Shown piece by piece: positions 17,028 to 31,040 of a stretch of 64,000 bases of DNA. The DNA is taken from positions 2,592,001 to 2,656,000 of the forward strand of contig CP068257.2 in NCBI GenBank assembly GCA_009914755.4. The letters are read 5' to 3'. Source of the DNA: the human T2T-CHM13v2.0 reference genome, Homo sapiens. The stretch's first letter is position 1, and each line of letters begins with the position of its first letter. The position numbers and the translations under genes are program-made. The notes under the pieces were generated by a model. The model was not told the origin of the DNA. It did not search any database and was given only the letters and a program-made list of their open reading frames with translations.

Positions 17028-17185
17028 CATTTTTTCAGACAGGGTCTTGCTCTGTCACCCAGGCTGGAATGCAGTGGTGATCAGAGCTCACTGGGGCCTT
17101 GAACTCCTGGGCTCAAAGAATCCTCCTGTCTCAGCCTCCCGAGTAGCTGGGCCTACAGGCATGCACCACCATCCCCAGCTAATTA
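17028..17185 (-). mobile_element. Alu monomer-length fragment (antisense)
   Basis: tttttcagacagggtcttgctctgtcacccaggctggaatgcagtgg ... gcatgcaccaccatccccagctaatt. Confidence 0.7.
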
Positions 17186-17261
17186 GGTAATTTATTTTGA
17201 AAGCACTTTGAGAAGCACTTCACTGTCAAATCCGTAGGTCTAAAAGGAAAAGCATACATAC

Positions 17262-17353
17262 ACATAATTGATTTCACATTGTTTTACATTTCCTTTGTCT
17301 TCTTCTGGAATGTCATCTTTTTTCTTGGTTTCTCTTTCAGCACAGGATCTAAT
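17262..17353 (-). pseudogene. FRG1: FRG1-family exon 7: [30 protein letters not shown](V)
   Basis: Acceptor tatctAG at 17354-17355, donor GTATGT at 17260-17261, 92 nt. Identical in amino acids to recalled FRG1. Confidence 0.85.
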
Positions 17354-19408
17354 CTAGATATTGGAAAAGAGAATCCAATGGGTTATATGTTTATCTTCCA
17401 CTTTCCCCACTTTACGTATCACATAAGAACATTCGAGATGATTTCTTATGCAGAAGAAAAAATTAACTGAGCAACTATATTCAGAAAAAGACAGGTTCTG
17501 GCTATGTGTTTTTACTTCATATATATAATCTATATGAGTAAGTGCTATCACATGCTTCCTCCGCAGCCCTTGTGTCAGAAACACTACAGACAAAATTATT
17601 TCAGAAACATTTTACACATCAGATCCTGCTAGGCAATAAAGCAATCATTAATTTAGTTTTGTCCTCCAAGTGAATACACTAGGATCAAATTATCCCTAGT
17701 AGACAAGTGTTCATTTGATCAGATTGAAAGCTTAATAGCTATTTTACGTTGCACAGACTATTACCAAAGTATTAAGATTTTTAACATTACACAACTTGTT
17801 TTTAATTAATTGGAACCCACCTCTTTTACAAGCTTCTTATATCCTCCTAAGTTTGGATAGCTGTTTACTATCACATGTCATAAGTTAATTGATCTGCATT
17901 CAACAATTAGGATCGCCCACAGAACAGGCAATTGGCAATGGTAATGACTCATGTCTCTTAAGGGATCTCTGTGGCCAGATTCCAGTTCCAGGGCTGCTTA
18001 GAAAGTGATGACAAATAACGTGTTTGTGCCAATGACATCTTTGTGACAGTTTTGATTAGAGGGGTCCCAGACATGAAAACATTCCCTGCTAGGGCCTGTA
18101 GGACAATGCTACCTTTAGTAAGAGGGATGTGTGTTCTGGTAGACAAGGCAAGGTCATAAAGGTGAAGGACTGACAGAGATTAGGAAAGCCTGCAATTAAA
18201 TGGTATGAAAAGAGTCCTAAGTAATCACTGTTCAGAGTTTCCAAGTACTTGACTAACCAAAGAGACCCAGAAAACTTTGTATTTCATCAGAAAATTTCTT
18301 TAAATAGTGAAAAACGCAATCTTTGTGTAAGTATCTTTGTATCTTTGTATAAGTGCAAAACACTGCACATATATTTCCAATTGTTGCCTTCAATAACACT
18401 TTTGTGATGATATCCAGATGAAAAATTTAAACATGATACAATAAAATATAAATAAGTAAAATTAAATGTAAGTCACAAACCCATCTGCATTTCCTCAACG
18501 GCCTGTTTCCTGAGAAGCAATGTTCTATGAAATACTGAGAGTGGCCTCTGGAGTCAGCTGGGCCTGGGTACACATCCTGTCTTACCACATCTTGAAATCA
18601 CTGTGATTTCCATGAACTGACTGACAAAAACAATGAGGATGTAAGGAGGGTCAGAGGCTGTCTTCCTGTCTGTAAGGCTGAGCTCATATCCACCTCACAG
18701 GAGCATTATGGAAATTCAAGACTACAACTTATGTGCCGGATGCATGCAACGAAAAAATATAACATTTCACTTCTCTAACTGTAAGAAAATACCTACATTT
18801 TAGAATGAAATTGTTTGAGCTTTAGATTTGAAATTATCTGAAATCAAGACTATTCTAAAAAGAAAATCAAACATGACCGGAAATCTAAAATGAAGCACAC
18901 ACAGAGAATTGATAGATGCTTTTAAATTACACTGGTAGTAGAGAAAAATGTAACATAAATTTTTATGCTCTAATTATAAGAACGAAGGGCATTTTAGAAA
19001 AGGCATTTGTCCCCTCTCTTAGAGCCTTCCACTCTGGCCCCTACAATGCCTTACAGAGCAAATCCGGGTCAGACTGGATGCAACCTGTGATTCCCAACAG
19101 AGACAAACAAAGCAAGGTTCAGGATGCTCAGTACTGCGATGGAATGCCAAGACACAGAAAAGCCATGTGTCAAGAAGGCGGGAGTTATTCTTTAGACACA
19201 CCCTGGTATATGTTTATCATTAAAGATCAGTGGCTTTTGTGAGTCTAAAAAATTAAGCCTTAAATGTTTTCATCAAATTCCAGTTAACTACCTGATTTAT
19301 CTAGGTTATATTAACAGTATTATTTAGAATTTCACCTTGATATGAAGATGTCTGTGTAACTTTTACAATGATGTAAAACAAAGAGTAGGATTAGGGAGGG
19401 CACAGGCC

Positions 19409-19450
19409 ACTGGTGCAATGGATAACGCATCTGACTACGGATGAGGGAAT
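19409..19450 (+). pseudogene. tRNA-Arg(ACG)-derived truncated fragment (5' two-thirds only)
   Basis: ggccactggtgcaatggataacgcatctgactacggatgag matches the 5' ~41 nt of my recalled tRNA-Arg-ACG (GGGCCAGTGGCGCAATGGATAACGCGTCTGACTACGGATCAG) with 4 mismatches. The T-arm and acceptor 3' half are not recognisable. Confidence 0.35.
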
Positions 19451-19689
19451 TTAGCCTGGAATAAGGAACTTTTATTTCCAGCTTAGTGATGCACACAAAT
19501 TTTCAAAATAAAATAAAAATCATGTTTTATGTGATTCCTGTTTCTCCTAATGCAAAGATGATGGGTACTATTACTAAAAATATTTTTAAAATGTAAGGGC
19601 TAAGGCCCCAGAAGTTCTGCTATGATTTTTTATGTTTCATAGAGTGATTATCATCACAGAAGCTCAAGCATTATGTAAATACAAACACA

Positions 19690-19900
19690 TATACTCCGAC
19701 CTGGTAATTCTGATTCCGGAAATTTATCTTCAGGTCCACCCGCACATCCACAAATTGATGCATATTCAATGTTATGTACCGCAGCACTGTTTATAAGAGC
19801 AAAAGACTGGAAACAGCCTAAATTTCCATCTATAAAAGACTAAATAAATTAAGGTATAGCCCTAAAATGGAATATTATGTGGCTGTTAAAAAAGAGAAAG
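19690..19900 (+). mobile_element. Ancient L1 (L1M-type) ORF2 C-terminal fragment
   Basis: Translation ..TAALFIRAKDWKQPKFPSIKD..MEYYVAVKK.. corresponds to the L1 ORF2 tail (..[21 protein letters not shown]). ORF 19867-20067 starts in this motif. Confidence 0.6.
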
Positions 19901-20537
19901 AGAGAAAAAGCAAGAAAAAGAGAAAACTTTCTACATTCAAACTAATAGTAGAAAACTCTCCAAGATACAATTTTAAGGAAAAAAAAATCAAAGTCAAGAA
20001 GACGATAGAGGAGGCTGCCTTTAGTGTAAAACAGTTGAAAATTATAAATATACTCATATGTTTATAAAGAAATTTTAGGAGGCTATAAAAAAACAAAACA
20101 AAGGGAAAGAGGAACAGGACCTGGGACACAGGTAAGATGCATGGCAGGCATATGTCTTCATCTTCATATGCTTTTATTTAAAAATGTTGGACCACATGTA
20201 CATGTTATTTATTTTAAAAATTAGATTTTAAAATACAAACAAGAAAATAAGAAAATGAAAGTTTAAAAAGAGTATGTGGAACTACCAGAAAAAGATACTA
20301 ATCCATGGAGATAGTGGCACGGTAGCTCCTAGATGCACTGATTTCTCTACCACATTGTAGAAACAAGCCATCAACTATGAGATTTGTAATTAAAAATGAG
20401 TCTATTTGAAACACCACATTATAAAAAGCTATTAAGTAAATCTTTAAAGTGACAGTAAATGATGACTTAACATTTTAAAGAGATACAGTCATATTGCATG
20501 TGTGAATGCAGTCATCTGTATAAAATGTCATCGTTAC

Positions 20538-20642
20538 CTTGATCATTTCTTCTTCTCCTGCTGTTTTACTTTTTGCTTCTATGTCCCCTGCTTCATTGCA
20601 TCTAATAAAGCAGCCATTTGAGGCCAACAAAGCCATTTTCCC
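20538..20642 (-). pseudogene. FRG1: FRG1-family exon 6: [35 protein letters not shown]
   Basis: Acceptor cacttAG at 20643-20644, donor GTAACG at 20536-20537, 105 nt. One substitution (S>G). Confidence 0.85.
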
Positions 20643-22881
20643 CTAAGTGAAAGAAAATAACAAAATAGCCATGAGGATACTTCCTGTGGAAAAAACATTA
20701 AGTGTTTAGACTGAATTAATTTTTCCTCCCTGATTTAAAAATCACAGAAAAGAACTTAGAGAAAAACCTGAAAAATATAATATAAGAACATATAGAAAAG
20801 GAAACCAAAATCACCTTTCATTTTACTATTCAAAGATTACCACAATAAACATTTGTAGTGTATCTTCCTAGTAGGATTGCTTCCTTTCTAAAAGATCTAC
20901 TGAAGATAAAACTGATTTAGTTCTGCTTGGAAAATCAACTTCAAAGACAAGAACATAATTATGAATGCATACTTTATTCAAATATTAACAGTTTAAGTAA
21001 AATTTATTTTCTTCACAATTAGAAAACATGAAAAGGTACATATAATGACTTTGGTGTTTTGAATTTAAGAATCAATGTCTGAGGGACCCTTGTGTGTGAA
21101 AATAAATATTCATATACATTTTTAGTTGTTTAATGTTTGATGTATTACACTGGTTTCTATTAAACAAAACTTTAAAAACTGATTTTCTTGTGTATTTAAA
21201 TCTGGGTTATAAATTTTGTTAGCTTAACTCCCGTACCAAATATAACGTTTATTTATAACTTCTTTTTGGTTGATTCTTTTGGAAAACCTGGAATATCATA
21301 ACATTTAGACAAAATATTTATAAATAAAATGATTACAAAATATGTTAAACTTATATCACATCCAGTTAAAAACGTGCTGATAACATGGATTTAATTTCTT
21401 AGTCAAGTCACAAGGGCTGGGAGGTCTCTCATCTGGATGGCTCCTGGTGAGCCCTGGAACATGGCGGTGTGGTCCAAGGCGATTTAAACCTGTGCCACAG
21501 ATTATTCAGCTGAGTCCTTTTTGCAATAGATTTTTAAGACCCTCTTTCATTCAAATTTAAATTTTTGAAGCTTAGTGTCCTTCCTAAAAATAAAATGAAA
21601 TGAACTTTCCTAAAGTGTTGTATTATTAGTGCTATCTAAGTCATCATCCTGGCCTTATGAAATATTGGCATTTTCTACTGGTGTAACTTTTATTAGAAGC
21701 ATCTCATCATAACTAGTAGGACATCTCAAAGGGGTTGCAACACATTAGCAAGTAATGAAATCAATGTATTGTTTCCTCAAGGGTATTGGGTGGGTGGGGG
21801 GGAAAAGGAATACACACAGACACACAGAGAAAGGGGTAAAAGAGAATACAAAATATCAAGGTGCATAACACATGGATAAGTAAGTATTGTTAAGTACAAC
21901 TCTTGCTTCAGTTATACATATGTTTGTGCTGGGCTGGCAATGTAAAAATGCATTTCTCAATGGATTGGGTCAAAATAGTTTTCAAGTCACTGACTTAAGA
22001 TTTTATCCTGGGGGATGACGAAATTAGTCTAAGTGATTACCTCTTTCTGGTGGGATGTTTGTTTAATCTGTCATCTTAGAAAACACTGCTGTGTTCCTAT
22101 TTTCAGTTCATTATTGTATACTACCAAAGCTGCTACTCAAAGGCTGAGCTTATCTTCTATTTGCTTGTTCTGCGTGGTGCCCACTGGTCCTTACTGTTTT
22201 TGATATAGTTATCTACTTTTTAAAGACAGTTTAGCACTCACATATTTTTGTTCAATCTTTACTTCTCACACAAACAGAAAAAGGAAATTATGTATTCTGT
22301 ATCAACAAAGATTTAACAAAACATCCGTATACTACAACTGTCTACTTACTAAAATTGAGAATTAGTATATTATCTTTTTTCTTCTTATATTAAAACTATC
22401 TTTTCATACACTATTTTAAGCTTATGAGCTGAAAATCTTAGAGATAATTTACTTCAGTGAACTATTATTATTTATATTTTATATGCAAATTGTCACAACT
22501 TGGTCTTAGCTAGCTCCACTGTTTGCTTGCAGTCTGTAATGTTTCTGAAAGCATGCATGATTTCTGCTACAAAGAAGATACTTATGAACTATTCTGTTTT
22601 CCTACTCTGTGACCTAAAATTGACTGGTTCTTTAATGGAAATGAGATCCATATCTAGGCACTAAGGGTATAGAGAAATAATTGTGGGCAAAAGTACTAAT
22701 GCGATTTTTGTTGCACTGTATTTTGAGATCTCTTTAAGGCTCTATGTTCTTGCTGGTTTATTCCAATTTAATGTATTACACTATTGCATCCTACTTTTTC
22801 TTTTTAAATATATTATGATTGACTGTTACAGACTTTGTGTGAAACTGACAGGAAGTTTTTATAAACAATAACAGCACTTAG

Positions 22882-22996
22882 GTTTTGAAAGACTGGTTCC
22901 CATTGTTCTCTTGGTCCAATTGCATCTGAATGCCCAACAACAAGTTCATCTGAATTTATACCAAGATATTTTCCATAGCCAGATTTCAGGGTGATT
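22882..22996 (-). pseudogene. FRG1: FRG1-family exon 5: (R)[38 protein letters not shown]; no GT at the expected donor
   Basis: Acceptor tgtacAG at 22997-22998. The 115-nt exon ends at the phase required by exon 6, but the next two bases (22881-22880) are CT (caaaac|ctaagtgctg), not GT. Three substitutions (A>T, G>E, R>H). Overlaps ORF-track entry 22813-23019(-). Confidence 0.8.
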
Positions 22997-23141
22997 CTGT
23001 ACATTAATAAGATGGACAAAAGTTAAAAACTGAGAGAAAATTAATTATAGGACATCAAAACAGGACATGTGTATGTGTGTGGGTGTGTACATATCTAAAG
23101 TTTCAGACTGGACATATTCCAAGTGTTCAAAAGATGCATGT

Positions 23142-23437
23142 GGCTGAGTGGTGACTCACTCCTGTAATCTTTGTGCTTTGGGAAGGCAATGGGAGAATTG
23201 CTTGAGGCAAGAAGTTCAAGATCAGCCTGGACAACATAGTGAGACCCCATCTTTACAAAAAATTTAAAAAGTTAGCTGGGCATGGTGGTGTGCATATGTA
23301 ATACCAGCTACTTGGGAGGCTGACACAGGAGGAGTGCTTGAGCCCAGAAATTTGAGGTTATAGTGAGCTATGATCACACCACTGCCCTCCAGCCTGGGTG
23401 ACAGAGTGAGACTCTGTGCCTTCAAAAAAAAAAAAAA
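23142..23437 (+). mobile_element. Alu (sense, older subfamily)
   Basis: ggctgagtggtgactcactcctgtaatc ... ccagcctgggtgacagagtgagactctg + A14 tail. Confidence 0.85.
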
Positions 23438-24782
23438 GCTACATGTGACTAGTTGTGGCCATATTGGACAGTAAAGTTTTAAATTTAGTTTTATATTTTG
23501 CTTTTTTAATATAAACATGGTACCTTATTTATTACATAACAAATATTTTCAAAATTCATCATTCTTCAATTATACCTCTTTAGTTATAAATTTCAATAAT
23601 AAATTACTAAAACTTTATGTCATCAAACTGTTTTCCAGAAAATGCTGCTTCCATTTACATTCTTACCTCAAATTAACGGAGTATGTTTTGTATCATGGAT
23701 TTTTTTTAAAACATTATGACTCTAAAAAAATACTTGAAAACCTGATATGGAAAAAAACAGTATCCTATTAATTTGCATTTTAGTAGTTAACTAGAATAAC
23801 AATTGTTTCTCTTTTCCTTTCCTTTTTAGTTTTTAGATTATCTGGTAATGTCCTTGTCCATTTTTCTATTCAGATCTGATTGTTCGCAATTTTCCTACTG
23901 GGTTCTTCAGTGCTATGAATTCTATACAAGATACATATGAAGAGTAAGAACTCACTGCCTATTAAGATTGTTGCAAATATTTTCCTCATTTGTCAGTTTT
24001 CTTTATAATCCTTTTTTGTTTATAATTGTAAAGCAGTTTAAAACTATTGAATTTTTCTTCCTCTGCTTTTATTCTGTCTTTCACCCTACTTATCAGACTT
24101 TCAAAGAAAGTATAGAAATAATCATCTTAATGTGATTTTTTAAAATTATGATTTCTTTTACCTTACCAAGAATTTCCTCGGATGCCAGAATTGACTTTTA
24201 CTCCTTTATACGTTAATGATTATATAACAGAAATCATTATCATGTTGATGTAACCAATTACTAAAATATGTAAATTCACTTTCAGTATCTTTTACCCAAA
24301 GAATCATTCTATACTTCTGCACAAGGTGAGAATAAAAAAGGTTACTTTATAAAATGACTGTAAAAATAGTGAGTAAAAATATTCTTTTGTTTGTTATGAT
24401 GCTGTAACATTCTCTGCTGGTTTCAACAATATTCCTTTTTTTAGTCTTCCTGTTTGTCTTTAGACTTCCAAACAGTGAGTTTAAATATCATAGCAACAGT
24501 GAACAAGGTTTTGTAGTATTTGATTTATTTTTTAATCTATCTTACTTGGTGTGTGAAATTATTAATCTTCATTTTTTAACTTACATATCTTTCTTCCAGC
24601 CTAGCATTATATATTGATAGGAAATCCACTAAAAGTAGATCACAAAATCTACTTTTCAAAAAAGCTATTTCATTTTTTATATCAAAATTACCATGGGTTT
24701 AAGACAGATACTAAAAATTTTAATGAATACAATTAAATTTTTAAAATAACTGGTTACTAATTATATTACAACATAAGCTCAC

Positions 24783-24840
24783 CTGGAATCAGATAATTTG
24801 ACAGCCATAAACTGCTCTGGAGGACTAGGGCCCTCATCAA
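24783..24840 (-). pseudogene. FRG1: FRG1-family exon 4: (V)DEGPSPPEQFMAVKLSDS(R); no AG immediately upstream
   Basis: Donor GTGAGC at 24781-24782. The 58-nt exon fits phase with exons 3 and 5. The sequence upstream of the expected first base is ..tttttttctccaatat|ttgatgag (AT, not AG). One substitution (T>M). Confidence 0.75.
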
Positions 24841-25619
24841 TATTGGAGAAAAAAACATTTGAAAATAAATTTGACATTTGCTATAAATATAAAGACATTA
24901 TTTTGCTTTAAAAATGTTGCTATTTTCTTCTGCAATTAAATGTAAGAATATTCAGATATACTGATGTCACTGTAATACTGTATCTTTGGAATCAAGATCT
25001 ATTTTACCTTCTTTTAACTACAGTGCTAATTTTATACACTGAGTAAGACAGGGTGATATAATGCTTATTTAATAACTTTCGAGATAGCTTCTCTTTATGT
25101 TTTAAAATACAGTCATAAATAAGCACTTATTTAAAAAAGCTAAATGCTTTCATTTATTCAATGGATGGCCTTGCTGACCAAATGATACTGCTTTTTATCT
25201 TCTAATTATTTCGTATCTCATTAGTGCTTCCTCTAATGGGCTAAAGAAAATGAGGAAACTTCAAATTGTTAAATGCACCCAGGTTAGTTTTGGTAATAGG
25301 TCTGAATAAAAAAGAAATTCAAACATGTTTGACTCAAATAGGTTTTCTTTTTTCTTTCCACTTACTATTTTAATTATTCATATTGTTTTGATTTCCAAAG
25401 ATACTCTTCTGGAACTATATGGAATGTTTTCAAATGCTTATATTAGAAAGAGGGACTTGCCAACGGCTAGTAAATATTAAGGAATTAAAAAAATGGACGA
25501 GTCAAATGCAATGGTTCCATTCCTTTGGAAAATGTTTGAGACTAGTTAGAGTTTGGCCTAAGTGAATGAATGTCCTAAAATCTACACTTGTGGCAGGATC
25601 TTCCCTTCCAGACACAAAC

Positions 25620-25745
25620 CTTCTTTGTGTGGAGCTCCCAGGGTAAAAAGACCATTGTCGAGTGGATGTATATAGGTTCCCTCATCCATTTCAATGGCTA
25701 TGGTTCCTGAAATTTCATCAAAGTTTGTTACTGTTCACCAGATTC
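25620..25745 (-). pseudogene. FRG1: FRG1-family exon 3: (G)[40 protein letters not shown](V) with in-frame TGA
   Basis: Acceptor tttttAG at 25746-25747, donor GTTTGT at 25618-25619, 126 nt. Plus strand reads ctgttcaccagattcc, giving tgg tga where FRG1 has tgg tgg (WW). Further substitutions G>D, K>E, A>P. Confidence 0.85.
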
Positions 25746-26054
25746 CTAAAAAATAAAATTGATATTTCAACTTTATATTTTAGTTTTGACACAGAGTTCT
25801 TTGTTATTATAACTTAGTTTTAAAAACCTTTTATTTTGCAGTCATAAGAAATAATACGAAGATCTCACATATCCTTTACTCGCTTTGTCTCAATGATGAC
25901 AACTTACATAAGTATCATACATTGTTAGAATCAGGAAACTGACGTTGATATAATCCATGAAGCTTATTCAGATTTCACCAGTTTTACATGTACTTGTTTG
26001 CATGTATGTGCACAGATTCCTGCGATTACCAGCACAGTCAGGATTAGGTTTTTA

Positions 26055-26230
26055 AAATACAAAATAGCAATATACAGCCAGGCATGGGGGTGCATGCCTG
26101 TAATCCCAGCTACTCGGGGAGCTGTGAAAGAGGATCACTTGAGCCCAGGAGTTCAAGGTTATAGTGAGCTATGATCATGCCACTGCACTCTAGCCTGAGT
26201 GACAGAGCAAGGTCCTGTCTCAAAAAAAGA
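26055..26230 (+). mobile_element. Alu, 5'-truncated (right arm), sense
   Basis: ..gccaggcatgggggtgcatgcctgtaatcccagctactcgggg ... gacagagcaaggtcctgtctcaaaaaaag. Confidence 0.7.
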
Positions 26231-26396
26231 CCGAAACAAAACAAAAGGCAACATGTGAAGGTACAAAGTGATATATGGAGAACGGTCTCTCTCATGATAG
26301 ACCCCAGCCATCTATTCATGCCTGCTTTCCAGAGGCAATGCCTATCATAATACTTCTTAAAAATGTCTCTACAGGAAGACTTTCTAGCATAGTAAA

Positions 26397-26696
26397 CTTT
26401 TTTTTTTTTTTTTGAGACGGAGTCTCGCTCTGTCGCCCAGACTGGAGTGCAGTGACACGATCTTGGCTCACTGCAACCTCCGCCTCCTGGATTCAAACAA
26501 TTCTCTACCTCAGCTTCCAGAGTAGCTGGGGTTACAAGAACCTGCCACCATGACCGAATAATTTTTTTTGTATTTTTAGTAGAGACGGGGTTTCACCACA
26601 TTGGCCAGGCTGGTCTTGAACTCCTGACCTCGTGATCCACCCGCCTCTGCCTCCCAAAGTTCTGGGATTACAGATGTGAGCCACCGCTCCCGGCCA
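26397..26696 (-). mobile_element. Alu (antisense, AluS-like)
   Basis: T17 tail then gagacggagtctcgctctgtcgcccag ... ggattacagatgtgagccaccgctcccggcc. Confidence 0.9.
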
Positions 26697-27329
26697 GTAA
26701 TCTTAACTATGATTTTAGATTGAAAGCAAAATGAGCAGAATCTATGTCTATGTTTACTAATTTCCAATTTGCCAATAGAAATGTTAGACTTTAGCCACAA
26801 TTATTTTAGCACTTGTTATAAAAGTTTATATCTTAATGTTAAAAAATATCCTCAAAACTCCTCCTAAATTGTACTTTAACTAGAGTAGAAATGAGTCAAT
26901 CATTAACTGGATATGACATATTAAGGAATTCTTGTTAATTTTGCAAGGTCTGATAATGACATAGTATAATGCATAAAAGTAAAGAACAAAACAGGTGATG
27001 AGAGAAAGACATACCACGTTAAGAAATGTACATTTATGTACTTATGGGTAAAATGACATAATATCTGTGATTTTACTTAAAATTTTCTAGGAAAAAATGT
27101 GTGTGGGGGTGTGTATGTAAATGAAACGAGATTGGCAAAACATTGATAATTAATGCTGGGGCCTGGGCACATGGGGGACTAATTATATTCTTCTATGTAT
27201 GGATTAGTTTGGATATTTCCATAATAAAAAGGTTTTAAAGATTCAGTTAATTCCACTGCACAAAATTTTCTATTCAACTAAACATTTCATGCTTTTCATA
27301 ATCAATTTTAAAATACATAAAATTTCAGC

Positions 27330-27995
27330 TAAAATGAAGTTGGACCCTTATCTAACACCAAATACAAAAAGTAACCTAAAATAGACCAAAGACCTAAATG
27401 TAAGAGCTAAAGTTAGAAAACTTTTAGAAGAAAATGGGAAAAGCTTCACGACAATGAATTTGGCAATGATTTCTTATATAGAACATCAAAGGCACAGGCA
27501 AGAAAAGAAAACACGGACAAACTGGACTTCATCAGAATTAAAAACTTTTGTGCATCAAGAACCACTGTCAAGAGAGTAAAAGGCAACCCAGAGAATGGAG
27601 AAAATATTTGTAAACTACATACATTATAAGGAATTAATATCCAGAGTATATAGAGAACTCCAAAAAGACAAACACCACAATTCAAAACTGGGCAAAGGAT
27701 ATACATGGACATTGCTCCAAAGATGATATACGAATGGTCAATAAGCACTGGAAAAGACGCTCAACATCACTAGTCACTAGGAAAATATAAATCAAAACCA
27801 TAATGCAATACCACTTCACACCCATTAAAATGCTATTATCAAAACAAACAAAAAACGGAAACCAAGAAAACCAGAAAAACAAATGTTGGGCAGGATGTGG
27901 AGAAACGGAAACCCTGTGCAATGCTGGTGGGAAGGTAAAATGGTGCTGCATGTATTTAAATGCCACTGAAGTGTACACGTAAAAATAGAAAAACT
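27330..27995 (+). mobile_element. Ancient L1 (L1M-type) ORF2 3' region fragment
   Basis: Translation resembles the L1 ORF2 C-terminal third (KLDPYLTPYTK..LEEN..; ..NGNPVQCWWEGKMV matching CWRGCGE..HCWW.CKLVQP). Explains ORFs 27446-28035. Confidence 0.7.
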
Positions 27996-28916
27996 GGCAA
28001 ATTCTATATTCTGTATATTTTACCTCCACACACACGAAACCAATGGAGAAAAAGAAAATTAATCAAAATTAAAATTTCAGCTAAAGATGATTAGAAAGCA
28101 ATAAAACTAATGACAATTTAGATGATTGAGTTATAGCTACAATTGTTTTCAGTAAAAGAAATAATGCTTTATTCAGAATCATTATGAACAGTGTTATGAT
28201 TAGCAAGTCTTTCCTATAAATGTAATAGTTAATAATTGTAAATTAGTTTTATTTTGTATGTTCTATGCCATGTTCACCAAGTACACTTAATATTAAATAA
28301 TTTAAATATAATATCTCATTAATGTTTCGCAAATGAAGAAGAAATTTCTGGCAGACAAGCTCCTCAAAATTTTCACACTCTGTCCAAGTAGTGAAATGAT
28401 ACAATAACATTACTTATAATATTGTCAACTGAAAAAGAAATTACTTTGAGCAGATGCCAGTATTTCTTCTCAATGAGATTTCAAAGAATAAGAAAGCTAA
28501 ATACAGTATCATCAAGAATTAAATGTGAGCATTCTGCCTACTTTCTGCAAGTGGCCTACATTCAATATTTGGAGGTATGCTTATATGTTTAACGACTAAA
28601 GTAACATAACATAATACTTAACGGTGCCACTCGGGGGTTTTAGCTGTGAAAAAGCAGTGGATCCTAAGAACAGTGGGCACTGAAGTAGCCTGTCTCCATG
28701 TCAGGTTACAGCTCAAGCTGTGTATATGCTGCAGACGTCTGAGCTGAATTTAAGAGAATCCGCTCTAAAACATTACTTGCTATTTAGACACATGCTTAAA
28801 GTTATTTCCTTTTAAACCTTAGGCAGATGATGAAATATTCCCGCTGTGTTGTCTCACAATGCATAACAAAGCTTTTCACATATTTTCAGATAGTTGAGAA
28901 TTTTTCCATATGTCTG

Positions 28917-29200
<284 letters not shown>

Positions 29201-30730
29201 GTCCCGATGCACCCGTGTCATGGCTGATAAGATACTACCAGGGCACCCTCATTCTAGCATCAAGGCTGTGTGACAGCTCACCTCACCTTCTGACTAACCC
29301 AGTGCTTCTGTGCTAAGGGCCCCCTTAAACCTCTACCTTCATTATGTGCTTGGCACAAAGGAATGATATATCCTAGATTTGGAAATGGAATTTTCTTCCC
29401 CAATCTTACTGTAGTCTAAGTACCCTTCACAGAACTTCTATTAACCCATAGCTTACTTAGCTTTAGTTCCTGGGTAAATCAAATCTGTGTTTTGCAAACT
29501 ACGATGTTGTAAGTTCAATTGCTTCTGAATCTAGCAGAGCTCAGTGAAACTCTTTGCTTACAGACATGCTCATTTTTATTAATGTCACACACGGTATTCT
29601 CCATGTGAAAGACAGAATTTCTTTCATCCTGGTTACCCATCCCTTCAGATCCTTGTGAGGAACCAACAGAACAGCTTTAAAAAATTAAAAGGTTTTTCCT
29701 TTCCCTTGACAAATAGGCACATGCTTACATATACGGCAAGTTTAGAGAATCCACAATGCAAAAGAAGGTGGAAGGACAAAGAGAAAAAGACGCAGAAGGA
29801 CTTCCTCTTCCAGCCAAGATGGACTTGCCCTCCCACCATGACCAACGAGAAAACTGAAACTAGATAGAATATTTGAGAGAACTGTTTTCGGGGATTGGAA
29901 CACAGGCAGAACAGGACTGTGATATTTGAGAACAGGAAAACACAGGAGGCAAATCTCACATACACTTCTCTTTTCTGTCCAATGGCAGTTTCTTGACCAC
30001 ACAGAGAGAGGTAGAGACCTCCAAAAATGAGGCAATGTCACTGTCACGAAGCTAAGAGTCTTGCAGTGCTAACGTGTTTGGAGTTTATAGAATAAGGTAC
30101 TGGAGAAGAGGGAACTACATACAGGTGAGGCCTCAAAAGAGTATGCCCTGGGGCCAAGGGCTGGGGGGAGTGCATACAGTAGGCAGGCTCCACAGGGCCT
30201 CTGCAGAGTGGCTGGCACTTCTGAGGGCTGAGTGGAGATGCCAGAGATCACACAAATTTGGGACATAGCAGAGTGGAGAGAACTCACCAAGTATACCTAG
30301 AACATGTGGCTGGGGCCCATGAGGATGAATCTTTCCTAGAGTAAGAGTCACTGTCTAAGTCTACAGGCAAAAACCTAATAAATAAGCACAAACTAACAAA
30401 GGCCCAGGCTTGACAGGAGCAAAAGGGTGGTCAAATAATTTAACTAGGCATCAAGACATTTAACAGAAATAAAGGTTAAAATGTTATGAAAATGAAAGAC
30501 TGAATTTATAAGGAAGACTTAACAATCCTAAATGTGTACACATGACAGCTTCAAAATACTTTAAGCAAAAACTGCTCAAGTAGACAGATCTAGAATTACA
30601 GCTGGAGATTTTAACATAACTCTCAATACATTGTAGGATGAGTAAAAAATCAGTAAGGCCACAGAAGATGTGAATAGTCACAAGCTCCACCAGTTGATCT
30701 AACTGACATCTTAAGAACACTGAACCACAG

Positions 30731-31040
<310 letters not shown>

